Shown here: positions 34,001 through 47,226 of the stretch, piece by piece
How the letters are laid out: every line of letters starts with the position of its first letter
How positions within the stretch are numbered: position 1 is the first letter of the stretch
Source of the DNA: Klebsormidium nitens
Taxonomy: Eukaryota > Plantae > Klebsormidiophyceae
NCBI GenBank assembly: GCA_000708835.1
Contig: DF237358.1
Coordinates: 19,772 to 83,771 of the forward strand
Length of the DNA: 64,000 nt
Direction of reading: 5' to 3'
Made by a program: the position numbers and the translations under genes
The notes under the pieces: model-generated
Databases searched by the model: none
The model's input: only the letters and a program-made list of their open reading frames with translations
What the model was told of the DNA's origin: nothing

Positions 34001-37000
34001 TCTCAAGAACACTTGACTGCAGAAATAGAGAAACGATCTTTAGAAAAATCGTGTAGGAGCGGTGGACACGGTAACTTTGACTCTCTTCTTACAACGGAAC
34101 GGGTTTTTACAGCGGTATGGAGAGCATTGTAATGCATGCGTTTACTGGTCTGGATTACAAAGCGGAAGCCACCAGGTATCGCAGAGTGCGCAGTAAGTAT
34201 CAAGCGAGAGAGTCCACATGTATTCACTCTCGTCACCGAAACCAATCCGTATATTGGGGATATTTTTCCAGAACATACCCCAGACAACCCAACACCAAAG
34301 TCTGTTAGAATTGCAACCTTAACGCAACCGGATGCCTGCCTCCACGTCCCAATATCCGACGACTCACGCTCTTTTCCCCGCCGCCAAAACCAGTTTCGTC
34401 AAAATCCCCTCCAATACCCAGTCTCAAAACATGTCATATCTTCTCACAGACAACCCACTACAAAAAACAAGCAGTTCTTCCCAAAGTAACCCACTCTCGA
34501 TTACTGAAACGTACCGTGTCTTTCGCGTCAACGTCCCAGATCCCGAGCCCCCCGCTCTTATCCCCCGCCGCAACGATCACTTTCTCGGTCGTGGGAAAAA
34601 AGGCCACAGCAAATATGCGATCTTTCACCACTCGTGCCACGTCACTCTCGCGCAGCGTCAGCTTTGTCGGATCCACGGATGGGGCTTCCGCCGCTCTGTA
34701 CAGGAAGAAATTGATAGATAACCATTAAATTCTATCCAAAACCGGCAAGAGTTTGACGTCAACACGCACGCCGCGTCACTCTCGCGCAGCGTCAGCTTGG
34801 TCGGATCCACGGATAAAATCTCCGCCGCTCTGCACAAAGAAGAAGTTTCGACGAGCTTAAAACCCTTTGGTTGTCGGCAGAAGTCTGACGTCACTACCCA
34901 GGCCACGTGTCTCTCGCGCAGCGTTAGCTTGGCCAAATCCACAGCTGAGGCTTCCGCCGCTCTGCACCAAAGGTAAGATCAACACCTTTTCAGTAATTTC
35001 CGCTCACTCAATTCTTGACCAGGTTGTGCGCGTTACTAGCTGCAACACATCGCTCTTGCGGAGCGTCAGCTTTGCGGACCTACCGACGAGGCTTCCGGCA
35101 GTGAACCAAAACAGAACGACCTGGCGTCATCAATAGCCCGAAGGTAATATGACCACCTCAAGTAGCCGACAGATCACCAAAGGACTGGCCTGCCAATTCC
35201 GTTGATGGGTTCTCCGTGGCTTAGCCGTATTTGTGAAATCAGTTTTGCTGTCGTCATCACTGTGCGAAAGCTGCTGATCTAGATTCATATCGTTCACAAT
35301 CACCTCCATCCGGGACCTTTTTTTTTCTCTGCTTTTAAAAGTTGGATCTTTCCGAAAGTAAAACCGCTGCTTCTATTGCTGAAGTCACAATCGAACCAGT
35401 CGAAAATCTGATTCAACGAGTACGACCGCAATGAACCTCGCAGAGCAACCGCTTTTACTCCCCGCAACGCGGGACGAGGTCTGTTCCACAACCCAGAGAT
35501 TTCGAAGACTTAGTTGTCAGCACTAACCCTCATGCCGCAGCTCGAAGATTTCTGCCCAGCACCCCCGATCGCCCTCACTTTTCTCAAGGGCCGGTCATTC
35601 TGATCCACCGTTTCACCCATTGGCGTCAAACGTCGATGGTCCTTGATTCATGATTTTCAGCAGAAGGCCTCACTACTCGAGATGCTACACCCACCTCTTC
35701 CTCAGCGGTTGGTCGTCCCTCAACCGCTTCAAAACGTCCAAGAACGCAGCGTCCGACGCCGGATCGTCCGTGTTACTGCTTTCGAATTTGATGGGGCCCT
35801 GTATCCGCCGCTTCTCCTCCCACGGGGCTGGCGTCGCTGCCGCCGGCCGCCGGAACGGGGCCTCCTGCCCGTGAAGCACGACGGAGCCGTCGCGGTTCTC
35901 GCGCTCGATGCCGAGAGACTCGGGCGCAATGTGCTGGAATGGAAAAAGTGACCGGCATTGCATTCAAGTTCGAAACGTTGGAGCTTAACAATGGTCTAGG
36001 ATGTGGTGGACTGAAACAGTACCCGGTTTCGATTTTGAAACGTTGAAAAAGCAGACTCTTTTTGGTCGGTCCAGATGTGCTGGAATGGAAAGAATTGACC
36101 GGGTGCCGATTCGATACATCAAAGAACTTGGATCTCTTATGGTCCGTTTGTTTTGATTGCTTGAAGCGGAGCTGGTTTGAGAGGAGTGACTGGAATATTG
36201 AGCAGACTGGGATTTGTCGAAGTCGAGGTTCTTGCAAACTTCAAGTCCGATCTTCTGATCGGTTTGGATTGTGCTGCATGAAATGGAAGAGGTCACCAAG
36301 TTCCGATTCCCACACGTCAAAGGGTTCGGATCCCTTGCAGGTCTAATTTGGATCGGTTTAGGGTGTCCTGGAAACTGTGGATTCGAGCAGAAAAGCGAGT
36401 CAAGCTACTCAAGCAGCTAAACAGTAGTGATCATCGAAACCCTCGATGTCCACTTTTACACAGATCTGGACAGTTCGTCTGCGAGTTCTCGTCAGAGTAA
36501 CCCCGAAACCCCTAATCAAATCCTTAAAAACACTGAACTTCTTGATCTGGAAGCCGGACTATCCAAGAACCGTAGGATATGAAAGTTTAACCAACCTGGA
36601 TTCTAGACGACCTCCGGACTTCCACCGGTTCCTTCTTCTCTTTCTTTGCTCGCACCGTCTGCAACCCTTTGGCGGCCGCCCTGCATCCAATATATATTCA
36701 TCGACTTAGACGAATCAAAATGCGGCTTAAAGCCTTCAACAGGTCCCCACGCGGGCTTTGAACAGTGTTTAGTTTGACAATACCGTTGAAAGGCCCTTGG
36801 CAGCCGCTCTCTCCAGGCGAAATAATCTACTTGCACAAATCCTGCAAGTGACGGCTTGCACAACCTGCAATACTATTGTCCCTCAACAACCCAAGATAGT
36901 GACAGTTGTGGTTTATGGTCTCACGGTCGACAAGTCAGCGCAGCTTTTGGAAAAAAGCGCATGCGTGCATTATGGGCAATGCAGCAGGCCATTCGCTCGC

Positions 37001-38201
37001 TACTTTACTATCCGTGTGGTATGTGGTGCACTAGGCCACAACAAACAAATTTCTTGCGAAAGCGTCATGGTTCTCAATTCCACGCTCAAGTGCAACACTT
37101 GGCATCCCATGCTGTAAAAGCCAAGGAAAGAGAAAATGGACAAAACCTCCCACTGTCCAAACCATCTGAGAAATCACAGGCCCTCTCAAAATGTTAACGA
37201 GAAATTTCAAATCATCCTCCCCAGCTTCCAAACCAGATCTCTGAGGTTGAAAGACGGGGAACTTGCTCCAGTCTCTGGCCGAACACTCATATCTCATGAT
37301 TCATCAGAGAAGGCGTGAATGTGTTTCTTGCTATGATCTGTCGGCTGGTTAATGCCTGGGAAAGCCCGCTGTCCCTTATCGTAGACTTCGGCCCCTCCCC
37401 AAGCCCTCTTTCTTCCCACCCAACTCTTGGAGACAACTTCACTTTCTCTTCTAGCATCATCACAGCAAGGATAGGTCCAAAATGCACAAAAGATTCAACG
37501 TTTGCTCATCTCTTCCCACCAGTTCAATGAGGCTTGAGCTCTTCAAACTCGCCCTGCTAGCCTGCATTGATGCCCCCACACAGGATCCTCCGTAGCTTTC
37601 CCTTCACATTAACCCGAAGCTCTTTGCTGATAATTTACACTGCCAGAATATGCATCAGATCACGTTTCAAGAACGACAGCTTTTCTTACCTTGACCTTTT
37701 GGCTTGGATTGACGCCCCCAGCCCTTCCGCAGCCTCTGTCACTCCCAGTGACATCAGCATGGCCTCGTTCTTCGCCATTGTTTCTCTGCGCGCCCTCTCG
37801 TACTCTGTCAACTCCTCCCCATTCTCGTTCTTCGTCCGCTCATTCTCTGGCTCCTCAGAAACAGTCTCAGATTCAGGCACCTTGGACCCACTTTTCGACT
37901 TCGATATTTCGGACAAAGGCTCAGAGTTGGACACAGGCCCAGACTCACTTTCAGACACCTTGGAATTGTCCGGCGTTTGCAGCTGACTCTTCACACCCCT
38001 CAAGCTCCTGGTCGTTCGCACTGCACCGCCAGGTGGCGAAATGCCCACCGTCTGTTCATTGCCTGCCTTTTGGTCAGTAGGTTGATCCCCAGATAGGGGA
38101 TCAGACTCTGCTTTTATCCGCTTGCTTCTTGTTGTCGTGCTCGTGTCAACGGCAAGATCCGCATGCTCTTTGCCCCGCTTGGATTGGCGGCGGGGAGCCA
38201 T
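31015..38201 (-). CDS. WDR76: WD40-repeat protein of the WDR76/CMR1 family
   Basis: Exons 38201-37690, 36679-36596, 35933-35695, 34695-34515, 33480-33166, 32349-32162, 31741-31558, 31164-31015, phase-consistent. N-terminal LTEYERARRETMAKNEAMLMSLGV and VRRSSRIQ; VKDRIFAVAFFP..AAGDKSGGLGIWD; SCSFDGSLRVLD; HGRKINTIDFNP..AHIWDVRKL; HVKAVNSIYFSPDG; HYNNTGRWISSFRAVW; SGGKIHIWR. These match my recollection of CMR1/WDR76 motifs. Confidence 0.85.
32270..32545 (-). repeat. Duplicated acceptor site plus exon 5' part (182 bp period) in a WDR76 intron
   Basis: ttgcag|tttaaccc(a/g)caccgcagccacatcttcgtcacgggcgg starts at 32349 (real exon) and 32531 (copy). A fainter third trace (gaggcagttttc) lies near 32637. 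Confidence 0.8.
34630..35100 (-). repeat. 4-copy array (132-141 bp units) of acceptor site plus exon 5' part in a WDR76 intron
   Basis: cag|agcggcgga...gtggat...aagct(g/a)acgctgcgcgagag starts at 34695 (real), 34829 and 34961, with a degenerate copy near 35095. The ORF track shows DPTKLTLRESD / DLAKLTLRERH repeated. Confidence 0.85.
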
Positions 38202-39044
38202 GATCCTTACAGACTCGCAATGCAAGAAGTTCCAATGAAAGTTAATAATGACCAGCTAATCTAAAGTTGTGCCACTTCGAAGTTATCTAATATGCGCATG
38301 CAATTGAAAGGGCCCACTCTCTCTGCTCCGATTGACCTTACCCAAAATGCACGCCTTCCTGACCAGAATGTGTAAGCGTAGAAAGCCCTGCAGACTCACT
38401 TCAATTCGTTTCCTCGTGCACCAAAAGCCAACGTGGCTAACAAAAGTGGGCCAGAAGCCTCAGAACCGCACGGTCTGACGAGCAGATTAGATTGCGCATT
38501 ACCAAGTACTTTAGAAACTCAATCACTTCGCTGGAATTCTTCACAAGAGCGCGCTGTCTGATCCTGATTGCAGCAAAACATGTACAAACCTGCAAAACTT
38601 TGCAAGCTGCACTGCATGAGAGCTGCTTCTTGAAAGCTTATGGCGCGAAGGTGGAGCTCGCTGATTGGTTAAAAGTTCCTGCCTCTCGTCTTCCCACGTC
38701 ACCTTCTTTGGGCAGTCATCGTTTCGGTGCTCGGGGGAGAGCGCCGGGAGGCGCGCTAATGCCAGCCAACCGATAATTGGGTGTCGCTCAGTGTAGTGTG
38801 ACCGGTTGGCCCCCTTCACTGTCAGGCAGGGTACCGGGCCGGGTAATTCGCGGTTTTTGTCGGAGAACTCTGGAATTAGGGTTTTGGTGAAGCATATCCA
38901 GGCTGGTGGACTCGATTTTGAGGCCCCCACAGCCTGCTCAGAAGAAGTGAAATCAGGCCCGCTTTGTGAAGCCTCAAGCAACGTGCTGGAGTGCTCTTGG
39001 CGTGCTTGGAAGAGAAGAGCTAGACCTCAGGGCAAATCGCAAGA

Positions 39045-42000
39045 ATGCTGTCCCCGCGCCTGGCCTCCGTAAGCCGACAGCTGTGCGGGGGCGGATTTCA
39101 GAGGTATTCAGAGCGTTGGGGACCAACGAAGACTGTGTCTCTTGAGGCAGTCTTGATTCAGCAGCGGCACCCGTTTGTGGAAAGGGAGGTAACCCGGATG
39201 TTAAGCAGGGGGTTTGCATGGCCAGCTAGTAACCCAGGATGTTTAACCCAGGTGCCACCGCAGGGGGTGTTGTGCTCGCATGCGTCAGCAAGCATTGCGC
39301 CCTCAGAAGGCCATCGTCACTTCCATTCTGCAGCTGACCACTCCAAAAGGCACTCTTTCGTCAGTTTCATTGATTGCCAACTCCTGCAAAGAAGCAGAAC
39401 ACATCATGTGTATTCGCTTCAGTCACATTTGCAATCAACGACACCGCCTACGTCATTTCCTCCATATGGCAGCACAATTAGGGCCCCCATTCCACTCGAT
39501 TCCTGTCAACCACCCATGTATAACCCTTCCATAAACACTTCCTTTCAGAATTCAGCAACACCATTTCTGACCTCAGTCACTAGATCCTACGCTACTGGAA
39601 ATGCCGAGCTGGAAATGCATGACGCCTCTGTCTCAGTCCGAACTCCTCACGGTGCCGGAACCGAGGGTTTAGCCGGAACCGATGGTTTGGCCTTTCAAAC
39701 CCTGAAACGAGTAGACACTGATCAAGCTGCAAGTCAGTCTTCCGCCAACCCTTCAGCAGTGAAGGACGTTCTGTGGGGGAAAAACCAGCAGGCATTTACC
39801 CCCTCTGCGCCCCCCCCAACTGACGAAGAGATCCAGGCGTTGCATGATTTCATAGTAGAGAGCGAAAAGTTGTTGATAGTAACGGGAGCGGGGGTGAGTA
39901 CTGAGAGCGGGATCCCGGATTATCGGAGCCCGACGGGCGCTTATAGCACGGGGTTCAAGCCCATGACGCACCAGGTGAGAGCATTCACTAGGATCATAGG
40001 CCTTGAAAGAAGTGCTTGGTGTCAAATTCGTCAGGAGGTCAAATATGTACTCTTTTGTTTGCGTATCTCCGTTGTTTCGCTGGTGATGTTAATAGTCGAT
40101 TTTAGAGGCGGGCAAGCGGGGACACTGTGAATGCTGGCGTTGAGTCGTCCGTGGGTTATTCTGATCATTGGGTCTTCTTATCAGTCCCCTTACAGCCACT
40201 GTCGAATACAATTTTCTGCTTTCGCTCTGCCTTTCATAAGAGCTGCTTAAAACATTGGGAACAGATCATACTCGACTGCCGGACTCTAAATCCGACTTGA
40301 GCCGATCGGAAAGTTGGGCTCGGTGTACTCAAATTGTGCCATCAGATGAAGTGCCTCGAGATCTGCAACTGGTGCAAAATCTGCTTCGAATGCCAAGTTC
40401 TGCAACCACTAATCTCGAAACTCGGTCACACGGCCAGATTACTTTAACCAGTACTTATTGCAGCTGCTTTCATCGGTTTCGGAACCTGTTAACACACAGC
40501 GCCCACAGTATGTCGTCGAGCGGTGAAGGATTTGTGAGCAATACATGTGGATACACATGGGCTGCCCTTGAAGTTTGGACTTTGTGGACTTCTTCTCAAG
40601 AATTTGTTGCCATCTTCTGTCGGGACTTCCGGACACGGAGCGGAGCAATGAACACGGTCAGCCGCAAGCCGTCAGCGCTGCTTGGAAGAAAGCTACGTCG
40701 TTACTGTTGATCTCCCCCTTGACTCCGCTTCACCGAGTAGACACATTGAATCTACGATTTTTTCTTGATTCCGGTTCAACGAGCTGTCACGTTGTATCTA
40801 CGATTCCGTCTTCCTTCCAGCCGTGATATGTCGATCCACCCCTGGCCAGAATGGCGCTGAGGCACGAATACTTGGTCCTGTTTGCGCTGACCTCTCAGCT
40901 CTTCAACGGACGCAGCTTTGTCTCTCAAAACTCTCAACCCGAGTTTGACTTGACTTCTGTCTGTTATCAATCTTTTTGTGAGAGTCCCTTTTGGTCCCAC
41001 CATCAGGCTAGACCTTACTCGAGTCGATCCCTCTTCTGAAATGTCGAAAGGTCTTTCCGCTTCCTCGTTCCGTTTCTATTGTACAAAACTCTGTCTGATC
41101 TGCCGTACGCAGCTTATTCTGGTTATCCCCTCTTCTGCAAACAATCGTCGCCTCAATTTTAAACCTCAAATACAATTCCTCAATATCTTTCCCGTTCGTC
41201 TGTTCTGCCGCCAGCCAACAACGCTTTTGGGCCTGGTCTTACTTTGACTGGTCCTCTGCGGATTCTCTTGGCGAATGCCGCCGATTTTGAGACAGGTAAA
41301 CGCCTCTTATACAAGTCCATTTCCGTCGGGCAGGATTCCGTCCGTTCCGCTGCGAGCCGACAACCGCTACTGGGCACGACTACTTCGGCTGCCGCAGGCT
41401 GGCGCCGTTACCTTTTGACTTGATTCTCAAATGCCAACGCTGTTCTGAAGACCCCGCTTCCTTGAATCCGTTTCCGTTTTGCCGGCTTTCACCCGCGCTG
41501 GAATTAGCCGTCAGCATTCCATGGCTCGGCCCTGCTTCGGCTGGCGACATATTTTTGCCCTCTTTTTCGTTCATTTCTCTCCTCAGGAACCCATTCTTTT
41601 GACGATACGTCTGATCACATTCGTATCTTATCGCACAGGAATTCGTTCGCTCTGCCACCAATCGCAAACGCTACAGGGCCCGGAGTCACTTCGGCTGGCA
41701 CCGTTTCTTTGACCCCTTCGTCGAATGCCGGCAATCTGCCCGGATTCCGCTGCCTCATTCCGTTTCCGTTGTTGCAGAAGTTCGTCCGTTCCGCCGCGAG
41801 CCGTCAACGCTACAGGGCCCGGAGGTACTTCGGCTGGCACCGTTTCTTTCACTCTTTCGTTGAATGCCAGCCATCTGCCCGGATTCCGCTGTCTCATTCC
41901 GTTTCCGTTTTTGCAGGAATTCGTCCGTTCCGCCGCGAGCCGTCAACGCTACTGGGCCCGGAGCTACTTCGGGTGGCGCCGTTTCTTTGGGACTCAGCCC

Positions 42001-45000
42001 AACGAGACGCACCGCGCGCTGGCGACGCTGGAGGAACGGGGGCGGGTGCGTGGGGGTATGATAACGCAAAATGTTGACAGGTACATGTCTGAAAACGTTC
42101 TTGCCTTGAGATTTGTTTGAGGGCGTTTCGAACTGGGATTCCGAAGGTAAATGGAACCTCATTGTCAATTGCAGCTTGTAAGTTGCTTTTCCGTCTTCTC
42201 CCCGGTTCTCGTTTTGAAGACGGCGCAACATGAGTTAGGTGCCAATCCGGATGTTCTGGATTGCGCAAGGGCGTTGTGATTCAATGTATACTGGCCTGCG
42301 GTTGCGCTCTTTGTGGAGTCATTTGACGCTTCCGACGTCGATGGTTTATTTCCTTAAACATTTGGAGTCGGCTATTTGGACACAATTTTCAGCAGATCCG
42401 GTCCAAATGATCCTTGATTTTTTTCACCCTCTTCGTACCGCCTCCGCTGTTACATGATTCCACGTGGTCACAACAACGTCCCTTTGTTTGGTTGCTTTAT
42501 CAAGGACGATCCGTTCCCTCCACGTCAGAAGAGGGTTTCTGTTTTTTAGTAGTTGGTCTCACCTACAACGGTTTTCTACCGTCTTCAATTGGCACAGAAA
42601 CCGATTGAAGCATAGAATCTGTGCAGATTACATCATGCGTGTGGCAGCAGTCCCTTGGAGCTCCACGGGACGACCCATCACGTCGTCTGCATGAACTGCC
42701 AGGACCTTACCGACCGACAAATGTTCCAAGTAAGGCACGGAGCATGTTCGGATTCAACTCTCAGCATCCTCGCAAATGGCCATCAAATGTCTCGCAATAC
42801 GTTGGGAGAGAGCGAGGCTTTGCAGCCCCTCGTGAGTCTCTGCCCTCGCAAAGTCGCGGGTGTTCTGAAAAGTGCACACCATTGAGCAGTTCGGAATTCC
42901 TCAAAAGGAACTGCGAAACACTATGCTTGTTCCTCCGGTGAGTTCTTGTTGCGCTCCGTGAACATGGGTTCGTACGTTGCCCTGTCACTGCGCAGTCGCC
43001 GTGTTGCCTTTTAAAAGGGTCTTACGGGCCGTGATATAAGGAGCGACGCAATTCGAGCCGTTTCACAGTCGACTTTGGGGCAAAGTTGCAGCCAGCAATG
43101 TTTCTGTCGACGCTCGGAGACGCGTTCTATCTGAGACCTCGAGACCGCTGCCCCGTTTAAGCAGCCATCTCCTCCGATTCTTTGCCGTTAGCCCCAACCA
43201 TTACCCCCTGTCACCCCATGTTTGAAACCTGGTTTGGCCCCTGGGTTAGGGACGCTATTCACGAACTTCAAATTGTTCCGCATTTGAGTAACCAGGCAGG
43301 ACTTTGTTATGTCTTTCCATTTGATCTCGTTGTAGCGCATCTTGTCCAGGAAAAGCTCGCAGCGATGAATCCCCAGTGGATCGACTCCATCGAAGCGGCG
43401 GAGCGAGGAGAGGACGTGTTGGCCGTTACATGCTTTCAACCTGTAGAGACGGTGCATGACTTCATTTCTGCCTTTATCCATTTTCCAGGAAAAGCTCGCA
43501 GCAACGAACCCTCAGTGGATCGACTCTATCGAAGCGGCGGAGCGAGGAGAGGACGTGTTGGCCGGGACCCCCGGACTGCAACGGCCGGACGGGGATGTTG
43601 AGATTGGGGAGGAGTTTCTTCGAAAGGGGCTGTTTAAGGTGGGTCAAGTAGCACTCATGTAAGCTTGCAGGAATTCATCACAGCACTAATATATTATAGC
43701 ATTATTCAAGCATTATTATCTGCTCTACAATTCTGGAGATATTATTTGCGGGCTTCGTGTCCGTCCAGAATTCTCAGACGCTCCGTTGCGCGAGACTTGG
43801 ACGAAGGTGTTTTTGGAAGGGGCTGTTCAAAGGAAGCTTTTAGCGGCAAGAATCGACGTGCGTAGCGCTTCGCTTTGCAAGAATCCATGACGCGGACGAC
43901 ACGCGTTGTGCTCAGCCATGCAGGAGTCCGCATGTGACGTTTGCGAATCTTCTACCTCGGGGCTTTGCAATATTTACGGGATGTTCCGACTTGGAGTTGT
44001 GTAAGCAAAAGTGTACAAATGACAGTAAATGCACACAAATTTGTACGGAAATTCCGGATTCGGAATCTCGTGTACAACTTTGTACGCCCATATAAGCCCA
44101 TAAGGTCAGAATTTGAACTCGTAAAAGCTGTTGGGCAAAGAGTTTTCTCCTTGATGTTGACTGCTTGTGCCAGCTTGCTTCATTTCTTGGAACTTCGACA
44201 ATCAAAGCATCTGCGGAGATGCTCCAAAAGCACTAACGACGACTGAAACGAACTCAGTCAGCCTAGCGTTAGCAACGTGAGAATGACGTCAGCTCACTCT
44301 TTGCAGGTCCCTGTTTGCGAGAATTGCGGCGCCGACACCCTGAAGCCTGACGTCGTTTTCTTTGGCGACAACGTTCCCAAGTGGCGCGTCGACTGCGCGA
44401 TGGGCATGGTTCAGGACTCGGACGCTATGCTCGTGGTGGGCTCATCGCTTATGGTACTGTCCGCATATCGGCTTGCTAGGTGAGCATTAAGAGATACGAA
44501 ACCGGTTTCCCCAAATCACAAAAGCTTTGGATTCACGGTTTGAGCACTTGAGAGCAGAAGCCTGCATGATCATGGCTCAGGACTCGGACGCTATGCTCGT
44601 CGTGGGCTCATCGCTTATGGTACTATCCGCATACCGGCTTGCTATGTGAGCACAAAACCCCGTTCACAAGGCTTTGATATCTCAGTGTAAGCACTTGAGA
44701 GCAGAAGCCCGTATGGTCATGGCTCAGGACTCGGACGCTATGCTCGTCGTGGGCTCGTCGCTTGTGGTGCTGTCCGCATACCGGCCTGCCAGGTGGCGTT
44801 TAGAGTGCGCGAGATTGTCTCAAGTTTTGAGGCCTAACATTGAGCTAGATAAACCAACTCGATTGTTTACATCCTAGCGTGTATGTCTGTATAAAAGCCT
44901 CATATGAGCCGAAAGCATCAGGAGTCCGCAGAACGTGATTTGTGACCAATTTGATTCGCTCTCCTCACAGAGCGGCTGCTGATGCGAGTACCCCAATCGC

Positions 45001-45599
45001 GATCCTGAACGTCGGCCCAACACGTGCGGACGATCTGGCGACGCTTCGAGTCGGGGCACGGTCAGGAGAGGTGAGCATTTGGTTACCACAAATCCAAATC
45101 TGTACTATTAAGACGCTTTCGACAGAGTTGGTTCTGAAGGTGGAAAGCGGAGCACATTTTGAGGCGCTGCCGTTCCAGGCGGGTGCATAAGCTATCCAGC
45201 AGACCGCGGTTGAGCGTGCCGCCCCTATCAGGAGTTTTAGTCACAGATCTCGATCGCGCTAATTGAGGCTTCGGTAGAACAGCCACCTCTCATGATCTGG
45301 CTGCAGACGTCACTTGATGGACGTATGCAATACGCAAGTTCCGAATTCACTCCCCTCAATCACAAGAACTCAGCGGCCCCTAGCGTGAATCTCTTAAATA
45401 GGGGCCGTGAATCTCTTTAAAGCTCCCCTTGAGATTACCGCGGCGTTTGTGGGCAGTTCTGATTCGACTATCATCAAAGACGCCCTTCCGGCTCCCGTTG
45501 AGATGTCCAAAAAAGGGAAGTGCTGACGGTTTGCAACCGTCGTGGTTGCAGGTGTTGCCACGGCTTCTCAACTGCGGTTCGTTGACGATTCCAACGTAG
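39045..45599 (+). CDS. SRT2: Class II (SIRT4-like) NAD+-dependent sirtuin with a long N-terminal extension
   Basis: Exons 39045-39974, 41917-42080, 42627-42729, 43489-43638, 44307-44479, 44971-45070, 45552-45599. TGAGVSTESGIPDYRSP, RQRYWARSYFGW, ITQNVDRLH, ELHGTTHHVVCMNC, QRPDGDVEI, CENC..LKPDVVFFGDNVP, LVVGSSLMVLSAYR, ILNVGPTRAD; C-terminus VLPRLLNCGSLTIPT. Confidence 0.93.
41060..41990 (+). repeat. 6-7 copy array (about 139-150 bp units) of acceptor site plus exon-2 5' part in SRT2 intron 1
   Basis: cag|(g/a)a(a/g)ttcgtccgttccgccgcgagccgtcaacgcta... starts at 41917 (real), 41778, 41639 and 41334, with degenerate copies near 41480, 41195 and 41085. Confidence 0.88.
43340..43565 (+). repeat. 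Duplicated acceptor plus exon 5' part (139 bp period) in SRT2
   Basis: ccag|gaaaagctcgcagc..cagtggatcgactc.atcgaagcggcggagcgaggagaggacgtgttggccg at 43350 (copy) and 43489 (real). Confidence 0.9.
44405..44800 (+). repeat. 3-copy array (166 and 147 bp) of exon 3' end plus donor in SRT2
   Basis: catgg(t/c)tcaggactcggacgctatgctcgt(g/c)gtgggctc...ccgcata(t/c)cggc(t/c)tgc at 44405, 44571, 44718; donor-like GT follows 44479, 44645, 44792. Confidence 0.9.
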
Positions 45600-47226
45600 C
45601 GGCAGCCTCTATGTAAGACTCTCGTGCAATGACAGCCTGCGTGTTTATCAGGTCCTGGCTATTCGCCGGTTCCATGCTACAGCTATTTGATCTAGTCCAA
45701 CTCAATAAGAACGCGACCCCGATCCATAGGATCTCCGATTTCCAGTGGGACTAAAGGCGGAGCGGTCTTTGTGTACAATAACTGACATTTCAGGAGTATT
45801 GCACGCAAACTGTCCGTATAATTGATAGGTACTTTGTCGTGACGCGGCCGTCCGAACCCGGCCGCCAGTACGTGCGCTTCTGACAACAAGCACTTCACAT
45901 ATATAGGGCTAGGATCGAGATTCCACTATAGCTGAAGCCTGGGCCGATGATCGATTCCTGTCACAATCTGTTCAATTCGATCAATCTCTTCAATTCAATC
46001 TCTTCAATTGCGTACTGTCGGAAGCGGACCTCGACCGCAGTGTTGAGCTTAGGGGGACGGTCAGAATATCGAAAGGGACTTCGATCACGGGCCGAATCAC
46101 CTGGTCAACAGGCTCTGTCAATGCATGCCAACAAGTCACGGTGAACTCTAGTGCCTAAGTCATGAACGTAGTCGCTAGTACGTAGTCAAGGGACGTATGC
46201 ATTAACACTTTTACGCCCGGCAATCATCATTGCACCACAGTATACTGATGTCAGCGTGACTACGTTAGCTAGTGAGTGATGACTCTATCGACTGCACATG
46301 CATACTGCCAGAGACGGACGTCCGACTAGCGCGCGGCGTACCAGGCTTATGATATAAGCGGCGGCCAGGGTCAGCTAGGCTGCCCTGATCGAGCGGCCGA
46401 GGCGGCCCGGCCTCCGAATCATGATCGTGCTTAGTGCCCACTCAACTGATCGACGTCAACGTCACGTTCAATCAATTCATGTGCTTATAATTTGCCAAGT
46501 TGCATGCAACAGATGTACAATCAAGACATCGTTGCAGCGGTTTATATATGAAGTTTGAGCGTGCAAGCGGCTTAACATTTGCAAATTGACGACGTGATCA
46601 CGACTGCGCGAAGTCGGAGCTAGCTTGAAGCTCCGCCAGGGCGGCCGCCCGCTGCCCGACATACATGCCTTGAACTTAGCTGCTTATGCCGGCCTTCTGA
46701 GTCTAACCGTAGAGCTGCATGAATGATCGTACGTGGCCGGCCCGCCCCATGAATATGGCCAAGTGAAAGATAAACACTAGCTACGCATGTCACAAATGAC
46801 GTACGAAAAAACGCTAAGTTCGATCTGAGAAAGTTGACCGCGTCTCGAGTTTTAACGCCTTTCGGCGCTATTGATTTGAAAAACTTCTAAGTGACATATG
46901 ATAACAACTCAACGAACAATATGACACCACGTGGGCCTCATGGTCTGCGTGATAATGATCAGAAGTCACGATGGGTCCACATACATCGTACCACATCCGC
47001 GTATGTTTAGCAGGTCGGAAATGTTTGGTACGTCATGTGCTTCTCTACCTGCCAGTGCCTGGGTGTATGAGTAAAGTTTTTTCACAGTCCACTTTGATCT
47101 AGCTCACACGCGGTGACTACTCTTATCTACAGGTAGAGGTCCAAAAGTATGAGTAAAATTACACTAACATAATACTCTCGATTCTATGATATCTCTCTTC
47201 AAACCCGACAATCTTCTCAGCTTGCT

